Virus record (IMG/VR): IMGVR_UViG_3300021431_000094
Span: 35,915 to 99,914 of that record
Source of the DNA: a virus
Taxonomy: Duplodnaviria > Caudoviricetes
DNA length: 64,000 nucleotides
Direction: 5' to 3' (one strand)
The position numbers were made by a program, and so were the translations under genes. Below are positions 29,376 through 37,454 of this stretch, piece by piece. Position 1 is the stretch's first letter. The number at the start of each line of letters is the position of its first letter. A model generated the notes under the pieces. That model worked only from the letters and a program-made list of their open reading frames with translations. It searched no databases and had not been told where the DNA came from.

Positions 29376-31466
29376 ATGCGATGGGATGAAATGAGTATGT
29401 CGCAGAAGAGCGAGGCCATAGGGCTTATGGTGCGTAACGGTGTCACTGATATTGGCACTATGAAACAGATGTGGGATGACATGGACGGACGGAAGAAGAA
29501 GAAACCATCATACGCTGAGTGGGTGAAAGGTGTCAATCCTTTGTTTGTGGGCCCCGACTACAACCTTAAAGCAGCGTATGATGAACTGCCTTTTGAGACA
29601 ATGGAAGCGTGGAGGAGAGATCCGAATGCAAACCATTTGCCAGACACATATAAGTTGCCGTCCCATCCCACGTTCAGTTTAGAGAGCAAAGACCCTGTGA
29701 CCGGCATGAAAGGTGGTGCGTGGTTGGGTGATAGATTCTATCCGTCGCAAGCAAACAGATTGTTCAATCCCGATATCTATCCACATTCAGGTGCATATAT
29801 GGAATTGCCTTATGGGTATATGGTGCCAGAGACTATACAATTGCCAAAGCCAAAGTTGAGTTTTGCAGAAGGAGGATTTACTTCTCCATCATATCCACCT
29901 TTTAATAATACTCCTCAGAGGACTGATATATATGATAATGAAAAAAGAGCTAGGGGTAAATGGCATGTAGAGAATGCGAAAGGAAATCCCAGTAGTGTGA
30001 TTACAAAGGCATTTAATGAAGCAAAGTCTAAGGGTTTTAATGATAATCAAGCATATGAATATGTTTTTGATGTTGCAAGTAGCAAAGGGTGGGCAAAAGA
30101 AGGGTCTGTAATACAAGAAAGAACTATACCTTATAAGGCTACTATTAATAATATTCAGGATAATACTTATGTTGCTAAAAGACCACAAATAGTACCCATA
30201 CAACCTAAATTTGTAGATTATGATAAACATCAAGAAGAGGATTTAAGGTATAAAGCAGAAGAACAGGAAAAAGAATTACAGGCCAGGAAAGATATTGCTA
30301 CAGCAGCTAGTTTAGCTGGGGCTGCAATGGCTGATAAAAATCCTATACTGGGTGCCATGATGCAAATACCAGATATTTATATGGACTGGCGTTATGGTAA
30401 ATATCCAACAACTGAAACAGCATTTAATGCTTTTTTAGAGGCAATGGCTATTGCTGATAATAGTGTTATAGGTGATAAGGTAGAAAATGTATTATTTAAA
30501 GTACCGAAATTCGGTAAATATCTTGGAGGTGGTTATCATTTATTTAGAGGATTAAATGATTATGGTATTCCTGTAGGAGTAACAAATGATGCAATTGACC
30601 TCCTCACAGGAAAATCAGGAATAGAACATATTGGAGTTATGTTAGAAGATAGTGATGAAGTGGCTGCAAATATGTTAAGAACTAATATTGCCAAATCAAA
30701 TATTAGCTTTGCGGAGGGTGGTAGTATCGATGACCCTCCTGATAAGAAGCCAGTAATACCCGTTGGAGGATATATGCCTGACTATTATCCAAGTCAGCAA
30801 GAGTGGTTAAGAAACTGGTTTAGAAACAGAGAAGAGCAGGTAAATGACAACTTCAATGGCATAGCATTAGGCGTAAATGGATTTGACACGAGCAGAAGTA
30901 TTCCTGTCCAATATGTGGAAATGGCCATTGACGGAAGTATGAAAGTACCTGTGAAATACCAGAGCATTTTCAATGACCCGAACAATCCTACAAGCGCATA
31001 CAACAGAGATACGGGGCAGATATTTATTGACCCAAATATGCAGGACATTGAGAGCACGCTCCTCCATGAAAGAACCCACGCATTAAATCACCAATTACCA
31101 CAACGGGTAGTAGGCCAGCAAGGTTATGAAATGTCGCCAATAGAGAGCAAAGTCCGTGATGTCATGATGCCTTGGTATAAGGAAAATAAGCAGGATTTGG
31201 ACGAGTATTGGGATGACCCTGTAGAGATATATGCCAGGATGATGCAGATGCGTTACAGGCTAAATTTAGACCCAACGAAGAAAGTAACCAAAGATGATTT
31301 GAAGAAGTGGAGAAAAGACGGGTTACTGAGACAATACGAAATGGGTGTTTATGATGATGATACCTTGCTCCAATTGTTCAATGAGGTAGCAGATAACAGG
31401 CAACTACAAAATAATCAACAAAATACGTATGTAATACCTACAGACATAGGCCTTGGATACGTTTAA
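29376..31466 (+). CDS. Multidomain putative virion protein with C-terminal zincin-like domain
   Basis: LLHERTHAL..EIYAR; two SFAEGG motifs separate three modules. Confidence 0.65.
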   Translation: MRWDEMSMSQKSEAIGLMVRNGVTDIGTMKQMWDDMDGRKKKKPSYAEWVKGVNPLFVGPDYNLKAAYDELPFETMEAWRRDPNANHLPDTYKLPSHPTFSLESKDPVTGMKGGAWLGDRFYPSQANRLFNPDIYPHSGAYMELPYGYMVPETIQLPKPKLSFAEGGFTSPSYPPFNNTPQRTDIYDNEKRARGKWHVENAKGNPSSVITKAFNEAKSKGFNDNQAYEYVFDVASSKGWAKEGSVIQERTIPYKATINNIQDNTYVAKRPQIVPIQPKFVDYDKHQEEDLRYKAEEQEKELQARKDIATAASLAGAAMADKNPILGAMMQIPDIYMDWRYGKYPTTETAFNAFLEAMAIADNSVIGDKVENVLFKVPKFGKYLGGGYHLFRGLNDYGIPVGVTNDAIDLLTGKSGIEHIGVMLEDSDEVAANMLRTNIAKSNISFAEGGSIDDPPDKKPVIPVGGYMPDYYPSQQEWLRNWFRNREEQVNDNFNGIALGVNGFDTSRSIPVQYVEMAIDGSMKVPVKYQSIFNDPNNPTSAYNRDTGQIFIDPNMQDIESTLLHERTHALNHQLPQRVVGQQGYEMSPIESKVRDVMMPWYKENKQDLDEYWDDPVEIYARMMQMRYRLNLDPTKKVTKDDLKKWRKDGLLRQYEMGVYDDDTLLQLFNEVADNRQLQNNQQNTYVIPTDIGLGYV

Positions 31467-31620
31467 AAAGCGAAAATATGAAGAGAAAAGTGTCATTTTG
31501 CAGACGTAGATTTGGTGGATGAATAAAAAAAATTGAAATTTGAGGCATTGATTATAAACTATATGCGAAAAAAAATAAAAAAAATTCGCACAAATTGGTC
31601 GACATATCGATTTTTCTTTG

Positions 31621-31628
31621 TATCTTTG
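31621..31628 (+). promoter_or_regulatory. Bacteroidota sigma70-type -7 box (no upstream palindrome)
   Basis: TATCTTTG(CA) in AT-rich intergenic DNA 45 nt upstream of the tRNA-like element. Confidence 0.7.
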
Positions 31629-31672
31629 CATCGTCTTTGAAAGAGTTTTTTTAAGGATTAAATTAGTTAGGT

Positions 31673-31745
31673 GACTGTGTAGCTCAGATATGTAGAGCGG
31701 CGGTGATTAAACCACAGGTCAATGGTGCAAATCCATTCGCAGTCG
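31673..31745 (+). tRNA. Degenerate tRNA-like gene (Asn-like body, 6-nt anticodon loop GATTAA)
   Basis: Acceptor gactgtg/cgcagtc, D stem gctc/gagc, anticodon stem gcggt/accac with one mismatch, variable loop aggtc, T arm aatgg-tgcaaat-ccatt. Confidence 0.7.
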
Positions 31746-31842
31746 CAAAGCCAAAAGAAAGGCAAACACTATGGAGGTTTTCTGGGGAGTTAACTTCAAG
31801 GATGTTAAAGAATAATGGTTAGGCTACCATAAAAGGCCAAGC

Positions 31843-31895
31843 ACCCTTGCATAACTCCCCCGGAGCAATCCGATGCAGGGGTTTTCTTTTTTTTT
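31843..31895 (+). terminator. Terminator-like hairpin with large bulge (possible attenuator)
   Basis: acccttgcat/atgcaggggt, inner cgga-gcaa-tccg, long T tract. Confidence 0.7.
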
Positions 31896-31907
31896 GCTTT
31901 ATCATAC

Positions 31908-32186
31908 GCGAGACCAGTTAAAGTTTCCCACCATAACGTATGATTAAGGCTATGGGGAAGTGCAAAAGCCGATGGTGAAGGGAAAGCGAAAGTTGGCAAC
32001 ACACCAGCACAAGGGATTACCCTGAAATAGTTGCCTGCAAGTGCCTAGTAATCGAGGTAACTGCCGAAGTGAGTGTCCGAAGTCTGACGGGGTCAGCAGA
32101 AAGATAGTCACAGAGTTTCGAAGTTGTGATGAGAATCATGACTAAAGGGAAACTCTGTTCGGAACCGAGCATTCAAGGGTTGCAGT
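31908..32186 (+). ncRNA. Putative large structured non-coding RNA
   Basis: No plus-strand ORF; multiple nested helices with G-U pairs and a GNRA loop (see findings). Confidence 0.6.
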
Positions 32187-32236
32187 AAAAATTAAAATAT
32201 AAGAGATTAGAATAATAATAACATATAGTTAGAAAT

Positions 32237-32404
32237 ATGACTGACAGAGAAATTGCAAACTGGGCGGTGAGTAGAGTAGAAGAGATAGTACCGATAAAAG
32301 ACAAGGATGCACGACAAATCGCTTATTATGCAGCGTTGTTTGCTGCAAACAAGGCTGTAAATGAAGAAATAAAAACACAAATTAGAAAAGATTTTGGGTT
32401 ATGA
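32237..32404 (+). CDS. Small hypothetical protein (55 aa, not in the ORF track)
   Basis: MTDREIANWAVSRVEE...; AT-rich leader; ATGA overlap with the next gene. Confidence 0.6.
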   Translation: MTDREIANWAVSRVEEIVPIKDKDARQIAYYAALFAANKAVNEEIKTQIRKDFGL

Positions 32405-32832
32405 AATACAGAATCGTTGAAACAGGTGCAGGGTTTGTTATTCAAATCAAATTGCTTTTCTGGTGGACAGATTTTTCATACAGACAATTATATTATGCTG
32501 GTCGCTATTTAGGATGGGAATTTGGCCCACTAAAAACTGATTGTTGGAAATCAAAGGATGATGCAGTAAAGCAATTAAATTTCATACGGCAATATCCGAT
32601 AGAGTATAAAGGTCATACTATTCATGCTACAAATCGATATAATGATCCTATATTTTATGAGATAGCATCCTTTTTTTCTGAACGTACTATTAAATTAGTT
32701 TCAAAAAATATAGGTCAGTTGTGCGAAGCGATTGACAAAGAAGAAGAGGAAAAACTTAAGATTATAAGAATGTCAAGAATACTCAGAATATACGATGAAA
32801 AAGGAAATCAAAAGAACAGACAAAGATATTAA
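32401..32832 (+). CDS. Hypothetical protein
   Basis: ORF in operon; MKYRIV..F.IQ.K..FWW N-terminus common in Bacteroidota phages. Confidence 0.65.
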   Translation: MKYRIVETGAGFVIQIKLLFWWTDFSYRQLYYAGRYLGWEFGPLKTDCWKSKDDAVKQLNFIRQYPIEYKGHTIHATNRYNDPIFYEIASFFSERTIKLVSKNIGQLCEAIDKEEEEKLKIIRMSRILRIYDEKGNQKNRQRY

Positions 32833-32944
32833 TGATCTGTATGATAAATGCTCAAAACTTGAAGAAGAATGTGCTGACGAATATGCAGCAGCAATAAAAG
32901 CAACAATAGACTGGCTGTATGGAGGAACCAATCCAATAGAATAA
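32795..32944 (+). CDS. Small hypothetical protein (49 aa, not in the ORF track)
   Basis: MKKEIKRTDKDINDLYD..YAAAIKATIDWLYG; fills the gap between neighbouring genes. Confidence 0.55.
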   Translation: MKKEIKRTDKDINDLYDKCSKLEEECADEYAAAIKATIDWLYGGTNPIE

Positions 32945-32946
32945 AT

Positions 32947-33348
32947 ATGAAAAGTAATATTGACATAACGGGGAATGCCCAGTGGCTTTGGACAAATTAT
33001 TGTGATGATACCAATCTTGATTTTGGAATAATAACTGCCAAAGCGTATGTTATACCCAGTGGTGATCAATACATAGCAAGATGTTCTATTACTTTAATGC
33101 CAGATTATCCTGTAGGTTATGTAACGGATGGGGAGAATTATGAAAAAAGTATAGAGCCAATCGAACTAGCTTCATCAGGTAAAATGTTGTTTGAAACACG
33201 AGTAGAAGCCGAACAAGAATGCCGTAAATGGTTTAATGAACATGTCGTGTTAGCTATGGTTAAGGCATTAAGTTTTATACTTGAACAGAAAGATTTCAAA
33301 TTGTTTTTAAACGCAAGAGATCTAGAAAAATTAGCAAAAGAAGATTGA
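32947..33348 (+). CDS. Hypothetical protein
   Basis: ORF in a tightly packed operon. Confidence 0.6.
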   Translation: MKSNIDITGNAQWLWTNYCDDTNLDFGIITAKAYVIPSGDQYIARCSITLMPDYPVGYVTDGENYEKSIEPIELASSGKMLFETRVEAEQECRKWFNEHVVLAMVKALSFILEQKDFKLFLNARDLEKLAKED

Positions 33349-33356
33349 ATTAATAC

Positions 33357-33764
33357 ATGAAAGAGATAACTATATACGAGTGTATTGATGGGGCCCGCTT
33401 TGATAAAAAGGCGGATGCAGAACGTTATGAAGAAATCTACGGACGGGTAGAGCTTATCCTTGACAAAATGTTAGGTATAAAGATACAAGACAGGGTTGCC
33501 GTTGGGAAACTGGATCCACAGGAAGTCAGCGCTGCTTTGGCTGAGTTTATGAAAGTATGCGCCGAGGCAATACCTAGTTTCAAATTTTGCTTTGAGAAAA
33601 TTGATATGAGTAAACTTTGGGTACATAGTTTATACAAAACTCTTGCAGATTATGCTTCTGACTGGCCTGTGTTGTGGAATGCGTATTACAGGTTCCTGTG
33701 CATAAATCCAAACACATTTAATGATGAGTATTCGCTGACTTCTACTACTACATGTACAAAATAA
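33357..33764 (+). CDS. Hypothetical protein
   Basis: ORF in operon; YECIDGARF..A..YE N-terminus. Confidence 0.6.
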   Translation: MKEITIYECIDGARFDKKADAERYEEIYGRVELILDKMLGIKIQDRVAVGKLDPQEVSAALAEFMKVCAEAIPSFKFCFEKIDMSKLWVHSLYKTLADYASDWPVLWNAYYRFLCINPNTFNDEYSLTSTTTCTK

Positions 33765-33771
33765 AATTATC

Positions 33772-34221
33772 ATGAATACGCCAGACTTCATATTAGTTTT
33801 TCCCGGGTATTTTGAACTCAATATGATGTTCAGATACATTCTTTTTGAAAGAAACAATAAGCCTATTGTTAAGGAGTTTCCAGTGCAAACAAAATCGTTA
33901 AACACGATGGTACTAGCGGCAATCCTGGATTGTGTTTATAGATTACATGAAAGAATTGATTTAGAAATTAAGACAAAATCCAACTATATCAAAAAGCTGT
34001 TCGATGAAAAGGATTATGATTTATGCAAAAAGGAAATAGACAAGAAATACTTTTTCAACATTTTGTATGAAATCTCATGGAAAAATCTCCATGTAGATGT
34101 GAAGATGCTAAACAAGAAAGCATATGTCAGTCCGAATGGGATTATAGTTGAAAATCTTAACATTCCTGAGTGGAACGACAGTATAGAAAGGACAGATATA
34201 AAATTTCAATATAATGTTTAA
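33772..34221 (+). CDS. Hypothetical protein, possible catalytically dead RNase HI fold
   Basis: TKSLNTMVLAAILDCV..LEIKTKSNYI aligns by eye with RNase HI TNNRMEL.A.I.AL..V.LYTDSQYV. Confidence 0.4.
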   Translation: MNTPDFILVFPGYFELNMMFRYILFERNNKPIVKEFPVQTKSLNTMVLAAILDCVYRLHERIDLEIKTKSNYIKKLFDEKDYDLCKKEIDKKYFFNILYEISWKNLHVDVKMLNKKAYVSPNGIIVENLNIPEWNDSIERTDIKFQYNV

Positions 34222-34231
34222 AGATTAAACT

Positions 34232-34771
34232 ATGGTAAATTTAGACACAGAAAAACTGAACCGTTGGGCGAAAGAAATCCACGATAACGCCACCACCCAC
34301 GGGTGGCACGAAGAAAAGCACTCACCGGAACACGGGCTTGCTCTTGTCATGTGTGAGGTAGCCGAAGCTATTGAAGCTGACAGAAAAGGGAAATACTATA
34401 TCTTCAAAGAGCCAGAACCGCCTGTAAAAGTCAGCAAACATTTCTTTCACTTTTGGTATGAAAATAATGTGAAAGGAACTGTTGATGAAGAATTTGCCGA
34501 CATAGTGATACGTCTGCTTGACATGGCCGAAGAAGCCAATTGTCGTATTCTTGATTTTGAATGTTTCGGGTTTAATGAAAAAAATTTTACTGAGCAAGCG
34601 TGGTGTTTTGTCACACATCTTTTGGGTGTTTCTGTTTTCGATATTAGTGCGTCAATATCATTCATGTATACTTGGGCAGAACACCTCGGCATCAACCTCG
34701 ACCAACACATCGAGTGGAAGATGAGATACAACAAGTACCGTCCGTACAAGCACGGAGGAAAGAAATATTAG
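34232..34771 (+). CDS. MazG-like NTP pyrophosphohydrolase
   Basis: IH.NA..HGW, EVAEAIEA, EEFADIVIRLLD, KMRYN..RPYKHG. Confidence 0.85.
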   Translation: MVNLDTEKLNRWAKEIHDNATTHGWHEEKHSPEHGLALVMCEVAEAIEADRKGKYYIFKEPEPPVKVSKHFFHFWYENNVKGTVDEEFADIVIRLLDMAEEANCRILDFECFGFNEKNFTEQAWCFVTHLLGVSVFDISASISFMYTWAEHLGINLDQHIEWKMRYNKYRPYKHGGKKY

Positions 34772-34799
34772 AACGATAATTTTTTTAAAATAAAAGAAT

Positions 34800-35072
34800 A
34801 TGAGTAAAGAGTCTGAAAGTTATGAAACGATTTCAATTGACAATGTGAATCATCCTAGTCATTATACCTCGCATCCATCAGGTGTTGAATGCATTGAAAT
34901 CACGCGCCATTATTGTTTTACCATAGGGTCTGCCATCAAATATTTATGGAGGGCTGGGCTGAAAAAGGAAGAGGGTCTAACAAACAGAGAGAAAGAGATT
35001 GAGGATTTGGAGAAAGCAGTATGGTATATCAAAGATAGAATCAAACAGTTAAAAAAAGAGAACAATGGATAA
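34800..35072 (+). CDS. DUF3310 (SaV-like) protein
   Basis: DNVNHPSHY..ECIE..F.IG.AIKYLWRAG.K..EDLEKA.WY. Confidence 0.9.
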   Translation: MSKESESYETISIDNVNHPSHYTSHPSGVECIEITRHYCFTIGSAIKYLWRAGLKKEEGLTNREKEIEDLEKAVWYIKDRIKQLKKENNG

Positions 35073-35511
35073 GGAATTAAAGCGTGAAATACTATTCCGA
35101 GGATGGAATAAAAAAAACAAGTGCTGGCTCTATGGATATTATCTAAAGAACCGAGGTGTGCATTTTGTATGTGCGGATGAATTTGCTATAGGTAAGACTT
35201 GGGAAGACTATGAAGTAGAACCTGAAACGGTAGGTCAGTATACGGGACAGACTGCCTGTAAGAGGAAAATGGATGGAACACTTCAGCGAGGAGTAAAGAT
35301 ATTTGAAGACGACGTTCTCGCTGACCAAGAGGATAAAATACTTGGCACCGTAAAGTTTGATCAAACAATGGGTCTTGGTTGGATAATAGATAAAGAGGGC
35401 AAGCAACAAGCATTATATGATTACACGGATCGAAATGACTCGAAAGAGGCTGTGATAATATGTACAAAGTTTGACCATTTGGAATTGAAAAACATGGTTA
35501 AAAAATTATAA
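35065..35511 (+). CDS. YopX-family protein
   Basis: REILFRG..WLYG..TVGQYTG..IFEDD. Confidence 0.85.
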   Translation: MDKELKREILFRGWNKKNKCWLYGYYLKNRGVHFVCADEFAIGKTWEDYEVEPETVGQYTGQTACKRKMDGTLQRGVKIFEDDVLADQEDKILGTVKFDQTMGLGWIIDKEGKQQALYDYTDRNDSKEAVIICTKFDHLELKNMVKKL

Positions 35512-35569
35512 ATATCCTAGAAAAGTAGAATATTTTATTACAAAAACCAAACAAGTCGATTTTTATTTG

Positions 35570-35577
35570 TATTTTTG
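35570..35577 (+). promoter_or_regulatory. Bacteroidota -7 box (no upstream palindrome)
   Basis: TATTTTTG(CA) in intergenic DNA. Confidence 0.65.
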
Positions 35578-35588
35578 CAAACGGAAAA

Positions 35589-35638
35589 GTGGGAAGGGAA
35601 GATTATTATATCGGTGGTTCGAGTCCACCACCCACACA
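35589..35638 (+). ncRNA. tRNA minihelix-like element (acceptor plus T arm only)
   Basis: gtggg/cccac stem and perfect T arm ggtgg-TTCGAGT-ccacc; D and anticodon arms absent. Confidence 0.55.
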
Positions 35639-35651
35639 AACATAGTCGTTT

Positions 35652-35984
35652 ATGGCTGACGAGAAATATGATAGAATATTGGTAGAATGCTGCGCTTGCT
35701 GTCTATGTCTAGAGAACCCACAGCAAATAGAGTTGGACGGTAAGACGATGAACATATGTCCTTATTGTGGCAGTTCGGAGACTGAGCATCTAACAATAGC
35801 CAACTGGGATTTGAAATTCCAGAGGAAGTATGGACTTGGGAAATACATTAATCTACCGAAAGGGATGAAGTGGAGAGAGATTATGACCCATGTGAATGAT
35901 GAGACGAGAGAGGAAGAGAATATTAGACGGTATATTCGGAACAAAGAATCAGAAAAGCTAACGTTGAAACAACAATTAAAATAG
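35652..35984 (+). CDS. Zn-ribbon protein
   Basis: CxxC..CPYCGS. Confidence 0.7.
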   Translation: MADEKYDRILVECCACCLCLENPQQIELDGKTMNICPYCGSSETEHLTIANWDLKFQRKYGLGKYINLPKGMKWREIMTHVNDETREEENIRRYIRNKESEKLTLKQQLK

Positions 35985-35993
35985 GAGATAATT

Positions 35994-36284
35994 ATGGAGA
36001 AACAGCAAGAAAAAGCAAATCTATCTGACAAGGAGATGATAAAAAGAATGCGGATTCAGATGCAAGACCTTTTTCAGGAAAATCAACGGCTTAAGACTTT
36101 ATTGAGTATTGACAGCAGGATCAAGTTGCTGTTGAGCATAGAGGAAAGCCATTGTATTTTTGATGAGGAATTCCTGAGGTTGGTGAGAAACGAAATCATG
36201 TATCTCGTTAATGGCTATGACCCACAAGGATTGTATAAGGAAGATAATCGAGGACAGGTTAACGATTCGGACTCTAAGCAGTAG
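35994..36284 (+). CDS. Hypothetical coiled-coil protein
   Basis: ORF in the operon upstream of terminase. Confidence 0.65.
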   Translation: MEKQQEKANLSDKEMIKRMRIQMQDLFQENQRLKTLLSIDSRIKLLLSIEESHCIFDEEFLRLVRNEIMYLVNGYDPQGLYKEDNRGQVNDSDSKQ

Positions 36285-36287
36285 GTC

Positions 36288-36770
36288 ATGAAAGTTCGGC
36301 AGATAAGGTGTGAAGACATGTTCCAGTTCTATCGATACTGGCTTGAAATCATCTGTCTCAAAGTCAACAAGGATAAAGGAGACGACATAGATTTTCCAAG
36401 TGGTCGTCAACACCATATCCTTACGAGTAGGCAGATGGACGTTCTTGCCATGATGATGAAGAACAGGCATGAGCTCTCTGTCACCAAAAATCTGAAAGAT
36501 GACGACATATTAGACCAGCTATCCACTAACGAAAGTGGTCGTTATAAGATACGTATAGCCCTAGGAATAACCTCACAGCGTATGTATGAGTTACTACGTG
36601 ATATGGAGGAGAATCCGGAACACGTATTAAAACGAAACAATTTTGATAATGGGAAGCTGGATTTCTATAGCATCAATCCAAAATTCAGACCGATGATAGC
36701 TCCTAAGAATCCACGTAATGTAATTTCTGAAATGGCAGTACAATTCTTATGCGGTACAGAGGAAAAATAA
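36288..36770 (+). CDS. Putative winged-helix DNA-binding protein
   Basis: LTSRQMDVLA..KIRIALGITSQRMYELLRDM..INPKF. Confidence 0.55.
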   Translation: MKVRQIRCEDMFQFYRYWLEIICLKVNKDKGDDIDFPSGRQHHILTSRQMDVLAMMMKNRHELSVTKNLKDDDILDQLSTNESGRYKIRIALGITSQRMYELLRDMEENPEHVLKRNNFDNGKLDFYSINPKFRPMIAPKNPRNVISEMAVQFLCGTEEK

Positions 36771-37054
36771 CTTTGCCGTTGGATTTAGTAAATGAGCTGG
36801 CAGAAAAGTATGGTTGTAAACCGGACCTGATCCATATGATGTATAGAAATCTTATGGCTTGTATAAAGCGGCAGATGGTATTCAATGTAAAATATCTGTT
36901 GCCCAAGGGAGAGAAACCCAAAGACCTAATAATCCCACACATCTGCAATATATATGTAAATGTAAAATTTCAAAAGTTCACACAAAATGCAAAGAAGAAA
37001 AGAATACAAAAAAATCGTACCAACGTACAATCAAATAGTAACGACAGCCTATAA
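36749..37054 (+). CDS. Small basic HU/IHF-like protein
   Basis: LVNELAEKYG..IH.MY..IIPHICNIYV; basic tail; crAss pre-terminase block. Confidence 0.4.
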   Translation: MRYRGKITLPLDLVNELAEKYGCKPDLIHMMYRNLMACIKRQMVFNVKYLLPKGEKPKDLIIPHICNIYVNVKFQKFTQNAKKKRIQKNRTNVQSNSNDSL

Positions 37055-37400
37055 GTACGAAGAAGACCAGACGGCTGTTCCTGGCGTAGTAGATATTACA
37101 AAAAAGAAAGGAGATTATAGCCATCAGCAACAGGTAGTTTCTGTTGGCCCCACAGTTCGATTTGTGAAACCAGGTGACTGGATTGAAATTGATTTCTCAA
37201 ATGGTCGATACATTGAATATTCGGAAGCCTATTTGAGAAAGAATCAGTCACTGGCTGGTCTAGACCCGTTAGCTCGGGCCTCTCATTTGAATACTCCAGG
37301 GATAAGCATTCGCTATCCTGTGGTCAATGAAAATGGTGAAGAAAGGTTTCTTATCTTTGACAATGATGTTTTGTTTGGCTTTGAACCCATAGAAAAATGA
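36987..37400 (+). CDS. GroES-like co-chaperonin
   Basis: P..NQIV..VVSVGP..VKPGDWI..LIFDNDV. Confidence 0.65.
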   Translation: MQRRKEYKKIVPTYNQIVTTAYKYEEDQTAVPGVVDITKKKGDYSHQQQVVSVGPTVRFVKPGDWIEIDFSNGRYIEYSEAYLRKNQSLAGLDPLARASHLNTPGISIRYPVVNENGEERFLIFDNDVLFGFEPIEK

Positions 37401-37410
37401 TAGTTTTTTT

Positions 37411-37441
37411 GGGGTCATGTTGTGAAACGTGGCCCTTTTTT
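37411..37441 (+). terminator. Intrinsic terminator-like hairpin
   Basis: gggtcatgtt-gtga-aacgtggccc followed by T tract. Confidence 0.65.
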
Positions 37442-37454
37442 AAAATGGTTTATT

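Noticed and set aside
31699-31715. Ochre suppressor tRNA (TTA in the loop)
   Set aside because: The loop has 6 nt, lacks the normal pyrimidine-U preceding the anticodon, and no TAA read-through is needed anywhere
32098-32146. Group I intron (aagatagtc resembles the S element)
   Set aside because: No interrupted gene, and the complementary gacta lies downstream rather than upstream as P7 requires
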